Under the pieces are notes generated by a model. The model did no database searches, was not told the DNA's origin, and saw only the letters and a list, made by a program, of their open reading frames with translations. A DNA stretch of 36,186 nucleotides from an uncultured Prevotella sp. Lineage in GTDB: Bacteria; Bacteroidota; Bacteroidia; Bacteroidales; Bacteroidaceae. Of this stretch, positions 10,353 to 20,361 are shown in pieces; the first letter of the stretch is position 1; each line of letters begins with the position of its first letter. The translations under genes were made by a program, and so were the position numbers. The stretch covers positions 1-36,186 of the forward strand of contig CAMOGP010000001.1 in assembly GCA_946614175.1 (NCBI GenBank). Reading direction: 5' to 3'.

Positions 10353-12182
10353 TTAGTCCCAGTCCAGCGTAGCATTACCGCTACCGCTCTCTTCTTTCCA
10401 GTCCTTAACTAAAGCACGGAACTGAATCTCTTCTTTCTTTAGTGTGATGGTGTAGGTGTACTTATTTCCGCCAAGCCAGTTGGTGATAACCTGCTGATTT
10501 TCATCCTCGCAAAGGTTCAACTGCACCGAGTAGGTGGTACCATCTTTCAGGGTGATGACCAGTCTCGATGCATCAGCGATGTTTTGTGGCACCATGATTG
10601 TCTCGCCATCTACCAGAATGTTTGCCAGGGTTGTACCTGCGGTTATATCACCTGTTGCCAAACTGACCTCACCCTCGTTCTTCAGGTTTGTCATGGTCAC
10701 CGTAGCATCTGTCAGGTCAACAGCAGCGGCATCCGTGCTGGTGGTCAGGGTGACCACAATATTGCTCATCACGTGCTTGAAGGTCAGGGGCACCTGGCCC
10801 GTGCGGGGATTGATGGCGTCGCCTTCGGCATAGTTGTGCACGGTGGTGCCGTCGGCTTCTGTGCCCTGATGCGCAGCAGTTGTTGCCCATAACAGGTCGG
10901 TGCCTTGATTGACCTCAGTGGTTGTGACGGCAGCCAATGTGTTGCTGCTGGTCTTCTGCGTCAAAGCACGGAAGTAGTAGTTGGTGCTGCCATTGGGCCA
11001 ATAGATGGCTGGCGTGTTGACAAACTTGTTGCCATCGTATGTTGCTGTGGTGGCAATCTTACCAAAGTCGGTATTATCAGAAGAGCGCCACAACGAGAAC
11101 GAGTCACCATTTTTCAGACTGGCATCGTTGTTTTTGTCAATGGTCTTCACGTCTGCGGAGAAATGAATCTCGCCCGTCGTTTCTGCACTCACATCGGTCC
11201 AGTCGGCCAAAGTGGCCACCACATCGATGGCTTGTTTGTTCAGCGTCACGGTGAGCTTATAGTTCACACCGCTCATACTAGCATCGTCTTTGATACCGTC
11301 TTTCCAACTATTCAGTACGTCATTATTTAGCACTACCTGATAGTTATTGCCATCTACCGATTGGATGGTAGCCAGCGTCTTACCGTCGGTCAATGCGGTC
11401 ATCGGGACTGCAACAGCCTCGTATGCTCGAGAAGGCTTGCCATTATCGGTTGTTGACGCTGTATTGGCAAACATGGAAATGGAAGTGGTTTCTTCCGCGA
11501 CAACAGATGCATTGGGAGCAGTAAAGGTACCCTTCAGGCTCATGCCAGCAAGGGTGACAGTGGTAGTATTCAGGTCATCGGCCTTAAAACCTTCTCCCAG
11601 CACCACAACAATGGTAAACTTGCTCATCGCGTGGGTATAAGGAACAGTCAACGTGCCACGTTTATCCTTAGCATGGTTATAGGTAATCATACTCTGAGTG
11701 TTCGACCATAACAAATCGTTATGCTTCAATGCCTCAGCAGAAGTCTGATCAGCAGCTGTTGTCCAGCCAAGCACGCCTGTAGTCTCAACGAGAGTTGTTG
11801 TTGGCGTACCACCGTTATAGCAATAACCATAGAACGAGTGCAAACCATGCCCCTCCGTACGCAGGTCTCTAGAACCATCGTCCGTAGATTCGCTGAAGTC
11901 ATCCCAGTAGAGAGTCTCTGTTGGCTCATCGTTGATGATGGTCACCAGTTTAGTCTGCACAGCATCTGTTTGTCCATCGACAATGTGGCGCACGTAGCAC
12001 AACAGTTCATCGTCAGTTTCTATCTGACTACCTGCAGCACGTGTCACCTGACTTCTGCCCGAGAGCGATGTCTTGAATACCAGAGGCAGACGACTCTGCT
12101 CCTGCGAGAAGTCATTGTCGCTGGAACAACCTGCAAACGTCAGGATTGATAGTGCGAGTATGATATATTTATTAATTGTCAT
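10353..12182 (-). CDS. Tandem double-domain fimbrillin lipoprotein (609 aa)
   Basis: Lipobox FAGC-SSDND, QVTR^AA; fimbrillin motif set occurs twice (LYWD/IYWP, DLLW x2, YTHAMSK/FKHVMSN, ATLADW/ALVKDW). Confidence 0.85.
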   Translation of the reverse strand: MTINKYIILALSILTFAGCSSDNDFSQEQSRLPLVFKTSLSGRSQVTRAAGSQIETDDELLCYVRHIVDGQTDAVQTKLVTIINDEPTETLYWDDFSESTDDGSRDLRTEGHGLHSFYGYCYNGGTPTTTLVETTGVLGWTTAADQTSAEALKHNDLLWSNTQSMITYNHAKDKRGTLTVPYTHAMSKFTIVVVLGEGFKADDLNTTTVTLAGMSLKGTFTAPNASVVAEETTSISMFANTASTTDNGKPSRAYEAVAVPMTALTDGKTLATIQSVDGNNYQVVLNNDVLNSWKDGIKDDASMSGVNYKLTVTLNKQAIDVVATLADWTDVSAETTGEIHFSADVKTIDKNNDASLKNGDSFSLWRSSDNTDFGKIATTATYDGNKFVNTPAIYWPNGSTNYYFRALTQKTSSNTLAAVTTTEVNQGTDLLWATTAAHQGTEADGTTVHNYAEGDAINPRTGQVPLTFKHVMSNIVVTLTTSTDAAAVDLTDATVTMTNLKNEGEVSLATGDITAGTTLANILVDGETIMVPQNIADASRLVITLKDGTTYSVQLNLCEDENQQVITNWLGGNKYTYTITLKKEEIQFRALVKDWKEESGSGNATLDWD

Positions 12183-12197
12183 TACTTAACTGTTTGT

Positions 12198-14249
12198 TTA
12201 GAACCATACCTCTTGGCTGCCTTCTACTGTTGTCCAGTCGGTGAGTGAAGCCGTTGCAGAGATTTCTGTCTTGGTAATCATCAAATCATATACGTAATGG
12301 GTACCAGACTTCCATGCTTCGGTTAGTGCTGCAGAAGCGGTAGAGCCCTTCTCCTTCACTTTAATTGATGCTACTTCTGCATAATACACATCCTTCTTGG
12401 TCTTTGTTGAGTCGCTATACACAGTAATCTTAAACTTCAACTTGCCTTTGCTATTCTCAAATAACTGCGGCACGATGATGCCATGATAGTGCTTGCTGTC
12501 TATGCTATGAAGCGTTTCTTCGTCTGCATACTTCGTAACCACGGCCGAGCGATCGCTCAGCAGGATGTGTCCTTCGGTACCGATGTTCACCAGTTCTACC
12601 TCCGCATGGGTCAGATCCACATAGTTGTCGTCACCGGCATTGCTTGATTTCAGCATCACCTCCACCTGACTCATCATATAACGGAAGTTCAGGTTGATAG
12701 GTGCCTTGCGGGCGCAGATGCCCTCTTGGTCCATATAGACATTGGCATGGTCGGGGTTTCCGCATGGTGTGTTCTCGGCCATCTCAGGCAGACCCATCAC
12801 GAAATTGCTGGGGAATGTCGTTGCATCGTAGGCACCATTGGCCACCTCCACATACTGGTGTTGGTCGGTGGCATCCTCTTTGACCACAGTGTTTGTGGGA
12901 TAGATACCACGGAAATGCAGGTGCTGGTAGTGGTGAACCCAATACAGCGTATGAGCGAACACCACTTCGCCGGCTGTGTTCACCGTCGGTGTTGCCACAT
13001 TGGTATAGTCCTTGGCAATGTCGTGGTCGTTCAGCCAAAGGTCGAAACCGTTGAAACCAGCGGGAAGCTCATCATGACTGTCGCTGCCCACCTTGGTGGT
13101 CATGTTGATTTCAGGATGAACCTCTTCTGAATCGACATCCACCCACTTCTCCACGGTAGCCGTCAGGATGATGCCGGTTTTCTTGATGCGCACATTAATA
13201 ATGTAGTTATAGCCAGCCAGTGTCTTGTAGTCTGTATGTCCACCAATGGTCTTGATGGCATCGTGTATCTCTTTCGCTCTGATATAGTAGATGTTGTCGT
13301 CGGCATTTACGATAGCAACCACGGCATCATCATCTGCTCCCAGCTGAGTGCCGGGATAGACCACGGCCTGCTTAATCACGGTGATGTTAGCATCTGTGAT
13401 GCTGGTGGTTCCTGCAACGAGGGTAGCCTTCGTGCCGTCGCTTGTGGCCTGGGCGCTGGCAATGCTTACCGTACCTTTAGTCAGCGCATAGTCGTTGGCT
13501 GCATCGCTGATGCCGGCCAGCGTGGTGGCATTGGTCAGCGTCACCGTGGGGTCCTTTTCGAACTTATAAGCAGTCTTACCTACGGTTCCCTTGGTAAAGC
13601 CATCGGCAGCTGTCAGGTTGAAAGTGAGCTTGCTCAGCGGGTGCTGGAAGATCATCTTCTTAGCCTCGTCGTCGTTGCGCTTCGCAAATTGATAGGCAGT
13701 GAGATTGTTAGACACGATGATGTCGCCACTGAGCACATCCTCGCCATCGGTGACAACATCCCAGGGCAGGCTCTCCCACTGGCTGTCGTCAGCAATCGTG
13801 GGGGCAGTTGCCTTACCATCAACGGCTACGCCCAGCACATTCAGGCCTTGGTCTGTGTTAGTCTTATTGTTAGGATCGCCCGATCCATAGTCGTCCCAAT
13901 AGAGCATCTCGTCCTCGGTGAACGACAAAGCGTTGACGGCCGAGCCGCTCTCTGCAGCGATGGTCTTGCAGGTGGTCTTCTGGCTGATGGCCTCAGGTGT
14001 TTTTCCTGTCCATCGGCCGTCAACCTTCAGTCGCACCTGCGTACCAGCCTTCATGGCATAGTACGCTGACGTAGCGCCACCGGCACGAGTCATGGCTCGC
14101 CTTGCTGGTGTGGCTTCCACGCCCACGCTGAGGTCTATGGCACCTTCGGCAGTATGGTTGAGCGATACATCCATATCCTCATTGGTACAGGCAGCGACTG
14201 CCAGCACCAACGAGGTCATGCATGCATATATAATTTTCTTTCCTGTCAT
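12198..14249 (-). CDS. Tandem double-domain fimbrillin lipoprotein (683 aa)
   Basis: Lipobox VAAC-TNED, AMTR^AG; motifs twice (LYWDD/LYWVH, FQHPLSK/FRYMMSQ, ATVEKW/ASLTDW). Confidence 0.85.
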   Translation of the reverse strand: MTGKKIIYACMTSLVLAVAACTNEDMDVSLNHTAEGAIDLSVGVEATPARRAMTRAGGATSAYYAMKAGTQVRLKVDGRWTGKTPEAISQKTTCKTIAAESGSAVNALSFTEDEMLYWDDYGSGDPNNKTNTDQGLNVLGVAVDGKATAPTIADDSQWESLPWDVVTDGEDVLSGDIIVSNNLTAYQFAKRNDDEAKKMIFQHPLSKLTFNLTAADGFTKGTVGKTAYKFEKDPTVTLTNATTLAGISDAANDYALTKGTVSIASAQATSDGTKATLVAGTTSITDANITVIKQAVVYPGTQLGADDDAVVAIVNADDNIYYIRAKEIHDAIKTIGGHTDYKTLAGYNYIINVRIKKTGIILTATVEKWVDVDSEEVHPEINMTTKVGSDSHDELPAGFNGFDLWLNDHDIAKDYTNVATPTVNTAGEVVFAHTLYWVHHYQHLHFRGIYPTNTVVKEDATDQHQYVEVANGAYDATTFPSNFVMGLPEMAENTPCGNPDHANVYMDQEGICARKAPINLNFRYMMSQVEVMLKSSNAGDDNYVDLTHAEVELVNIGTEGHILLSDRSAVVTKYADEETLHSIDSKHYHGIIVPQLFENSKGKLKFKITVYSDSTKTKKDVYYAEVASIKVKEKGSTASAALTEAWKSGTHYVYDLMITKTEISATASLTDWTTVEGSQEVWF

Positions 14250-14258
14250 GACAGAGAA

Positions 14259-16445
14259 TTAGTCCTCCAGAGAAATATCCTTGTTATCAGCAGTTACGTT
14301 AACCCATTTTTCCACGGTGCAAGTCACATCCTTAATACCAGCCTTGGTCAGGGTGAAGGTATAGGTGTAATTGTGGTTAGGATACCAGAAGTCAATCTTA
14401 TCACTTGTAGTTTGGTTCTGACTGCCACCATTTGTCGTAGCAATGATCTCTGCCAGTGACTTAACCACATAGTACTGGTTGTTATCAGGTGTCTTGATGG
14501 TAATGCCAACATAGAGGTTGTCGCCTGAAGCACGTGTCAGAGCCTGAGGAACAACTGCAAAAGTGAAGGCACCTGTCTTCTTATAGGTGTCTGTATCGTC
14601 TTCGTCTATACCTGCTGTAGGAGCAGTGAATGTAGCGCTGGCAGTAAGGTCGCCTGTTGTAGTTACCAGACCATTACCCATCTTTACCTGACCATTAGCA
14701 TAGAAGTAAGTCAGTGAAACCTCACACTGGTTTGTGCCAACCTCCAAAGCAACAGCGTCAGAGGTCTTGGTGGTACGCAGCACCACATTGATATTACTCA
14801 TCATGTGCAGCTCTGTCATGTTGATGGTAGAGTTGGTAGCACCGATGGCTGGGCTCAGTGTCGCAGCATAACCTTCTGTTTTGCTGTACTGAATAGGACT
14901 TGTTGTGCTGGTGAGGAACGGAGCACCCCAGTGATAATCATGACTTGTCTGAGCACCAGAGGTAATCTCAAAGTAGTCATCTACAGCATCATCAGTAGTT
15001 CCCTCGATTGTTGTTCCCTTGTTGACGGTACGGAAATGATAGAATGACTTGTTGTTCTCGAAGAACCAGTCGGTAGTCCAGATGTTGCCATTCTTTGTAA
15101 GGCCAGCCTTGTCGGTATAGTTACCATTCCAGTTCTTAGCTTCACTTGCACCTGTGTTAATCTCTGCAGACTCGTCGTTCAAGCGATAGAGGTCGAAGTT
15201 GTCAGCAGCAGTACCATCATTGTTTTTAAAGAGGCTCAGTTCGATGTGCGAGTTGTCCATGTCCTTATTGGCAGCCTCCACGTTAACCCATGGTTCGAGT
15301 GTTGCCGTCACGTTGATAATCTTACTCTTACCCACAGTGATGGTAAACACATAGTTCTTGCCCTGAGCCATTTCGAGAGAAGTAACAGAGGTATTCTGTC
15401 CCTGATTCAATGCATCGAGCATCATACCCTGGGTGATGAAATACTTGTTGTCGTCAATCACAAATTCCAGCACGTTGGTGTCGCTGTTTTGGGCGAATGT
15501 GTAGCCAGGCAGCATCTGTGCCATCAAAGAATATGCAGCACCACTTTGTGTGGTAGTTGTAGCCATCTTGTTGATGTCACTGTTTGTTTCGTTAGCCCAT
15601 GTACCTTTCTCAATATCCAGCTTACCTGCGGTAGGTACACTCAAAATCTTGATGTTGGTACTATTTGCAAAAGCAAAAGAACCGTCACCATAGCCTATAC
15701 CTTTTTTCAGGTGAACGGTGATGCGGCTCAGAGCGTGGTTGAACTTCAGGTTACCCTGGTCGAACTTACCAGGGCCGTCCTGCATGTTGGCGTCCTTCAG
15801 ACGGAACAGCAGGCAACCGTCTTTTGTTGTGTCGTATGCACTGCTTGTATAATTGTATGACTTAGCGCCACCCTTTCCATTAGCACTGATGTTGTTGCTA
15901 TAAGTCAGGTCCTCGTTGGCAATCACGTCGTCACCACTCTGATCGGCAGATACAGTCCAGGCAATCTCTTCAGACAGTGCACCTGTACTCCAAGTACCAG
16001 TACCAGTGAGAAGGTTGGTTAGCGTGGTGTTGTTGTTCATCAGAGAATTGTCCTTTCCTGGTACAGCTACGGCAAATACAGACAGCTGGGCACTGCGGCC
16101 ATAAGCATCGTCCCAATAGCGCACGTTTTCGTCACTGGGAGTATAAATCGTTGAGAAAGAAACGTCTGACTGTGTTGCATCTTTCTGAGCGGTGGCCATG
16201 GTACGTGTCTCGCGGACATCACCATTAGCGGTCGAACCGTTTTTGTTACTACGGATGTGCATGGCGATGTGGGTATTAGCAGCAAAGCCATAACGAGTCA
16301 GTGCAGCAGCGTTGTCTTCGCCTACAAACGAGATGGCTGTTTTGTTACTGGGATCGGTGGCATTGCCATCGTTCTCCAAGTCATTTGAACATGCTGCTGA
16401 TACCAGAGCGGTAGCGAAAAGCAGCGGGTAGAAAAGATTTTTCAT
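14259..16445 (-). CDS. Tandem double-domain fimbrillin lipoprotein (728 aa)
   Basis: Lipobox SAAC-SND, ALTR^YG; motifs twice (FNHALSRI/LHMMSNI, ATLEPWVNV/CTVEKWVNV). Confidence 0.85.
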   Translation of the reverse strand: MKNLFYPLLFATALVSAACSNDLENDGNATDPSNKTAISFVGEDNAAALTRYGFAANTHIAMHIRSNKNGSTANGDVRETRTMATAQKDATQSDVSFSTIYTPSDENVRYWDDAYGRSAQLSVFAVAVPGKDNSLMNNNTTLTNLLTGTGTWSTGALSEEIAWTVSADQSGDDVIANEDLTYSNNISANGKGGAKSYNYTSSAYDTTKDGCLLFRLKDANMQDGPGKFDQGNLKFNHALSRITVHLKKGIGYGDGSFAFANSTNIKILSVPTAGKLDIEKGTWANETNSDINKMATTTTQSGAAYSLMAQMLPGYTFAQNSDTNVLEFVIDDNKYFITQGMMLDALNQGQNTSVTSLEMAQGKNYVFTITVGKSKIINVTATLEPWVNVEAANKDMDNSHIELSLFKNNDGTAADNFDLYRLNDESAEINTGASEAKNWNGNYTDKAGLTKNGNIWTTDWFFENNKSFYHFRTVNKGTTIEGTTDDAVDDYFEITSGAQTSHDYHWGAPFLTSTTSPIQYSKTEGYAATLSPAIGATNSTINMTELHMMSNINVVLRTTKTSDAVALEVGTNQCEVSLTYFYANGQVKMGNGLVTTTGDLTASATFTAPTAGIDEDDTDTYKKTGAFTFAVVPQALTRASGDNLYVGITIKTPDNNQYYVVKSLAEIIATTNGGSQNQTTSDKIDFWYPNHNYTYTFTLTKAGIKDVTCTVEKWVNVTADNKDISLED

Positions 16446-16481
16446 TTTCGTTTATGTTTTTTATTTATTATTCCTGAATGA

Positions 16482-17771
16482 TTATTGCTCGAGATTGGTC
16501 TCGATATTGCCGTAAACGTTCGTCCAGGGCGACAGCTCTGCGCTGAAATCGATGGTCAGCGGATAGAACTCACTCACTTTCAGAACGTACGTATATATAT
16601 TGTTCGACTCCCAGTTGAAGGAATCGATATTGTTCTTGTCGTCTTTGATAGCGATATCCGTGTAGTGGATGGTCTTTGTGGCCTTGTCATACACAATATG
16701 ACCATCGGTACTTGTGAAATCGCTCTTATAGTCTAGTCCATAGACATCAAACGAGATGGTCATCCTGACTCCCGTTTGTGGTATCTGCAGCATACCGTCC
16801 TTGCATTCGCAGTAGTAGGCGTGCTCGCGGTCGATGGCCTTGTTCAGATCGCCCTGCTTGCTGTCGTCGGTCTGCAGCAGCAGTCTCTGGCTGTCGTTGG
16901 CGGCCTTCGTCGTGGTGGTGAAGGCACCATGCAGCATGTCGCTGTTGGCGAGGTCGGCGGTGTAGCCGTAGCCCTCGGTGATGAAGTTGTCGGAAACAAC
17001 CTTCACTCTAATATTATATAGGTGGAAGTCGGCGGGGGTCTCCTTGCCGTAGTTGTTGTAGATGGCAAAGCGCACCTTAGACGTCAGGTGATGGAAGGGC
17101 AGTGCCACGTAGCGGTCGTACTTAGTGGTAGCGCCATTCTGCGTACGGTCCTTGCTAATTACCTTTTTATTAAGCAGGTCAACATCCTGCTCGTTTGAAC
17201 CATTAGGGCACTCTACCTGTGCAGGCATATAAGGCTCTGCACCGGCAGTCAATACGCCGTTATTGCATGTCTGGTAAACATAGGTTGTTGGAATCACCAA
17301 CTCAGTATCTGTCAGCGTGAAGTATTTATCGATACTATCAGCAGCTGGACATGGACTGATAGCATAGAAGCGGTAAGGGAAGGCATTGCTATCCCAATAA
17401 CGCTCTATCTGTGTTTTGCGGTAGCCCTCGGTAGTAGAACCCACATAGTCCCACTTAGAAAGATTAGCCCAAGGGTCTGTTTTGTATTTTACCTCATACT
17501 TATCCATCACCACGGATTTCTTGGCAGAGCCAAAGCCCTTCCAACAGCTTACGAGGAAGCCCTGTGTCAGATAGTTAGTAGTGGAAGCGGCACGTCTTAC
17601 AGGTGCACTCATTACAGCCTGACTGAACTGCATGGGCACACTGCCATCATCCACATCCTCTTCCTGGATAGTTGAGTCTGAAGAACATGCGGTGAGGCTG
17701 GCGCACAACAGGAGTGCGCCAGTCCACCAACTTAGTGTCTTGTTTATCTGATGATTAGAAATTGCTATCAT
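16482..17771 (-). CDS. Type V pilin / fimbrillin-family lipoprotein (~429 aa)
   Basis: Start moved from the ORF-track 18032 to ATG 17771 (MIAISNHQINKTLSWWTGALLLCASLTAC), because the longer start overlaps the upstream gene by about 280 bp; PVRR^AA, RYWD, FRFYA-like YRFYAISP, LPFHHLTSKVRF, IDFSAELSPW. Confidence 0.82.
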   Translation of the reverse strand: MIAISNHQINKTLSWWTGALLLCASLTACSSDSTIQEEDVDDGSVPMQFSQAVMSAPVRRAASTTNYLTQGFLVSCWKGFGSAKKSVVMDKYEVKYKTDPWANLSKWDYVGSTTEGYRKTQIERYWDSNAFPYRFYAISPCPAADSIDKYFTLTDTELVIPTTYVYQTCNNGVLTAGAEPYMPAQVECPNGSNEQDVDLLNKKVISKDRTQNGATTKYDRYVALPFHHLTSKVRFAIYNNYGKETPADFHLYNIRVKVVSDNFITEGYGYTADLANSDMLHGAFTTTTKAANDSQRLLLQTDDSKQGDLNKAIDREHAYYCECKDGMLQIPQTGVRMTISFDVYGLDYKSDFTSTDGHIVYDKATKTIHYTDIAIKDDKNNIDSFNWESNNIYTYVLKVSEFYPLTIDFSAELSPWTNVYGNIETNLEQ

Positions 17772-19137
17772 TAGATTTTTCTGTGTAATCCTCAACAGTA
17801 GCACCGTCGAATACAATAGGATAAACAGTGGGATTTGCAGGAACTGTAGGATCGTCGATATCAATTTTAGTATCATCTGGATCGGTTGTACCCTTAGAAT
17901 CCTTTGTAATCTTGAAAGTGTAGGTGTACTTGGTGTTAGGCTGCCAAGCGGCGATAAACTCTGAACCGTTCTTTGCAGGCACATAGACACGGGCATTGTG
18001 AACAGTGATCTCCTCGCCATTGTCCTCAGCAATCAGCTTATAAGAGACGTGGAAGGTGAAACCAACCTCGCTGCTTTCGGGCTGAGCTACAGGGTAATAA
18101 ACGGTGGGTGATACTGCGTAACTCTGTGTGCTGCCAGTGGAAACGGCCTCAGGAATGACGTAGTATTTGGGATTGCTCTTTGAAGGATATTCTGTCAAGC
18201 CATTATCTTTTCCTGGGATAGTGAACTTCAGGTTATTCTGAGTTGTTGTAGCACCAGTGTGATTGACTGTTGCAGTAGGATTAGCAACAGTAGTGTAATC
18301 GATAGTAGCACCACAGGTTGTGTAATAGTCAGCCTTGGTGTATGTCTTAGTGGTACCGCTCTCGGTTACAGTAGCAGGAGTAGCCTGAATACCTGTATCA
18401 TCTGAAGTAACGTCGATAATCTGTACTTTATAGCCACGCACGTCTTCATAGAAGCGAAGGTTTACCTGAGCACCCAAGTGCTTGAATGTAAGTTTAACGT
18501 CCTTAAGATCTGCGTTGACCGCAGTAGCACCAGCATACATGAACTCGTTCAGAGAAGCATCATCGTAACCAGCAGTCTGAGCACCATGTGCAACAGTTAC
18601 TTTTTTGTTACCTTCATCGAAGGTTACGCCAGCTGAACGGTAAGGAGCATAGGCGTAGAAGTTGGTGTTCTCGTAAGCCAAGTCCCAGTAACGGAGATAC
18701 TGGTTGGCATTGGCAGACATGTAAGCACCATCATTCTTTGTGTAATAGCCATCTGTACCTACGTATTTATACTCGCTAGTTCCAAGATTCTCATAGAACC
18801 AAGGAGAGGTGTGGTCGGTTTCACTACCAATGGCACTTGCCCATGTAGTACTACCAGAGTGTTCGTAACCCTTCTTGATTGTCTCATTAGAGTAACCTAC
18901 CAGATAGTTGTCCATCACCTTCTGGGTGGTAAGACCATCTTTGTACTTGTATGCCCACACACCGAAGTTGTAGTGCCCCAGGTTCTCAAGGGCTGTACCA
19001 CGACTGATGTTCTTCTTCTCCACGCTGAAAGCGATAGGAGCCTCTGTGTTCTCAGTTGAGCTGTTTACCAACTCATCGCTATTACAACCAACCATGGTCA
19101 TAGCAATTGCAGCGAAAATAGTTACTTTTTTCATCAT
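17755..19137 (-). CDS. Type V pilin, probable major (stalk) subunit (460 aa)
   Basis: Lipobox MVGC-NSDE, NISR^GT, FGVWAY, RYWD, FYAYAPY, LTFKHLGAQV, WQPNTKYTYTF, PIVFDGATVEDY donor strand; first pilin in the operon, AT-rich initiation region, GCT/ACT/GGT-rich codon use resembling the ribosomal genes. Confidence 0.82.
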   Translation of the reverse strand: MMKKVTIFAAIAMTMVGCNSDELVNSSTENTEAPIAFSVEKKNISRGTALENLGHYNFGVWAYKYKDGLTTQKVMDNYLVGYSNETIKKGYEHSGSTTWASAIGSETDHTSPWFYENLGTSEYKYVGTDGYYTKNDGAYMSANANQYLRYWDLAYENTNFYAYAPYRSAGVTFDEGNKKVTVAHGAQTAGYDDASLNEFMYAGATAVNADLKDVKLTFKHLGAQVNLRFYEDVRGYKVQIIDVTSDDTGIQATPATVTESGTTKTYTKADYYTTCGATIDYTTVANPTATVNHTGATTTQNNLKFTIPGKDNGLTEYPSKSNPKYYVIPEAVSTGSTQSYAVSPTVYYPVAQPESSEVGFTFHVSYKLIAEDNGEEITVHNARVYVPAKNGSEFIAAWQPNTKYTYTFKITKDSKGTTDPDDTKIDIDDPTVPANPTVYPIVFDGATVEDYTEKSNDSNF

Positions 19138-19185
19138 TGTATTTAATGGTTTTTAAATTATACATGATTAATTCAATGAGGTGCG

Positions 19186-20361
19186 TCAGATTTCAATCTC
19201 CCAGAACACCTCGTCATAGTCTTCGACAGTAGGAACGAACAAGCTGCCGGTGCCCGATGGTAATGGATCGGGCGGTGTGAGCTTAGAACAGTCTATCCAC
19301 ACCGTCAAGATACCACCATGCGCCTGTGCGTGACACTGGTCGGTAACATCAAACTCATATGTCTTGACCTGTCCATCCTTCCATATCAGGTCATAATACA
19401 GATAGTTCCTAAGATTTGAACGCGAACCGGTGTAAAGGGCACCCGAGCGAGTAAAAGGCTCGTTGTCACAGAGTCCAAACGTGGTCAGTTTACCACCGAT
19501 GATATCGCAATTTTGTCCCTTTACCATCTGATTCTTTTTCATACGCGTATTGAAATAAATCAGGGCAGGCTTATAGCCCGTATGGCCGGTATTTACATTC
19601 GTACTGCTGGCCATAGAGGAAAGAGCCGCATTACCATTGATACCCTTGATTCTTCCATCCTCATTGTTAAAGAGGATAAACTGTACAAGATAGATATATA
19701 CCAACGGACGCAACTTTGTTTCTATGTGCTTGATATAGATATTCTCCACAGGGTCGAAATCGTAATCCGACAAGTCACGCGAGATAAAGATATTTTCCGG
19801 ATAAGCGCTATAGAAAATTTCTGGCTGATTCATTAAGCCGATAACACCAGAAGAATCTGCCCCGTTTGCTCTGCTATGCTCCAAGATACTACGAGAGATA
19901 CCTCGTGTGCCTGTCGTTGTAGCCGTGACAGAGTCAAGCGTCTCATTCAACACCAACACCTGGGTTCCGTCCTTTGAATCGATATCGCTATAAAAAAGCA
20001 TATCATAATAGCCAAACTGGAAATAACGACGGAAACGGGTACTACGTATAGAGAATGCCTCGTCTGTAGTATGTTTGGCATAAGGGTCGTCTCCTTTGTA
20101 ATAGCGGTGCACTTCAAAACTTGTAGGCATCGTATAGCCAATACTACCCCAGATAGAGTCGTCCTTCAGGTCCCATCCATAATACCAGTCCGTCTGGAAA
20201 TCCACATCAACATCCCAGATTACCTCCAAATCGGTCTCAACCTGAGGTATCTGCAACTCCATGTTCTGACCTGGCAGATGCAAAGGTGGTTCGATACACG
20301 AGGTTATGCCAAACGCCACGAACAACAGAGCTACGATTATATGATATATATGTATGCGCAT
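19186..20361 (-). CDS. DUF5119-like / Mfa2-FimB-type anchor lipoprotein
   Basis: Lipobox ITSC-IEPPL, no TR/SR motif at the usual position about 30 residues after Cys, GYYDMLFYSD, QPEIFY, C-terminal LFVPTVEDYDE; lies between the DUF3575-like gene and the first pilin. Confidence 0.7.
   Translation of the reverse strand: MRIHIYHIIVALLFVAFGITSCIEPPLHLPGQNMELQIPQVETDLEVIWDVDVDFQTDWYYGWDLKDDSIWGSIGYTMPTSFEVHRYYKGDDPYAKHTTDEAFSIRSTRFRRYFQFGYYDMLFYSDIDSKDGTQVLVLNETLDSVTATTTGTRGISRSILEHSRANGADSSGVIGLMNQPEIFYSAYPENIFISRDLSDYDFDPVENIYIKHIETKLRPLVYIYLVQFILFNNEDGRIKGINGNAALSSMASSTNVNTGHTGYKPALIYFNTRMKKNQMVKGQNCDIIGGKLTTFGLCDNEPFTRSGALYTGSRSNLRNYLYYDLIWKDGQVKTYEFDVTDQCHAQAHGGILTVWIDCSKLTPPDPLPSGTGSLFVPTVEDYDEVFWEIEI

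Noticed and set aside
16968-17432. 12-bp repeat gtagccctcggt at 16968 and 17421
   Set aside because: Both encode TEGY in the same gene; short enough to be chance
17772-18032. N-terminal 87 aa of the 516-aa ORF-track call
   Set aside because: Lies inside the upstream pilin gene in another frame; the signal peptide and lipobox start at ATG 17771
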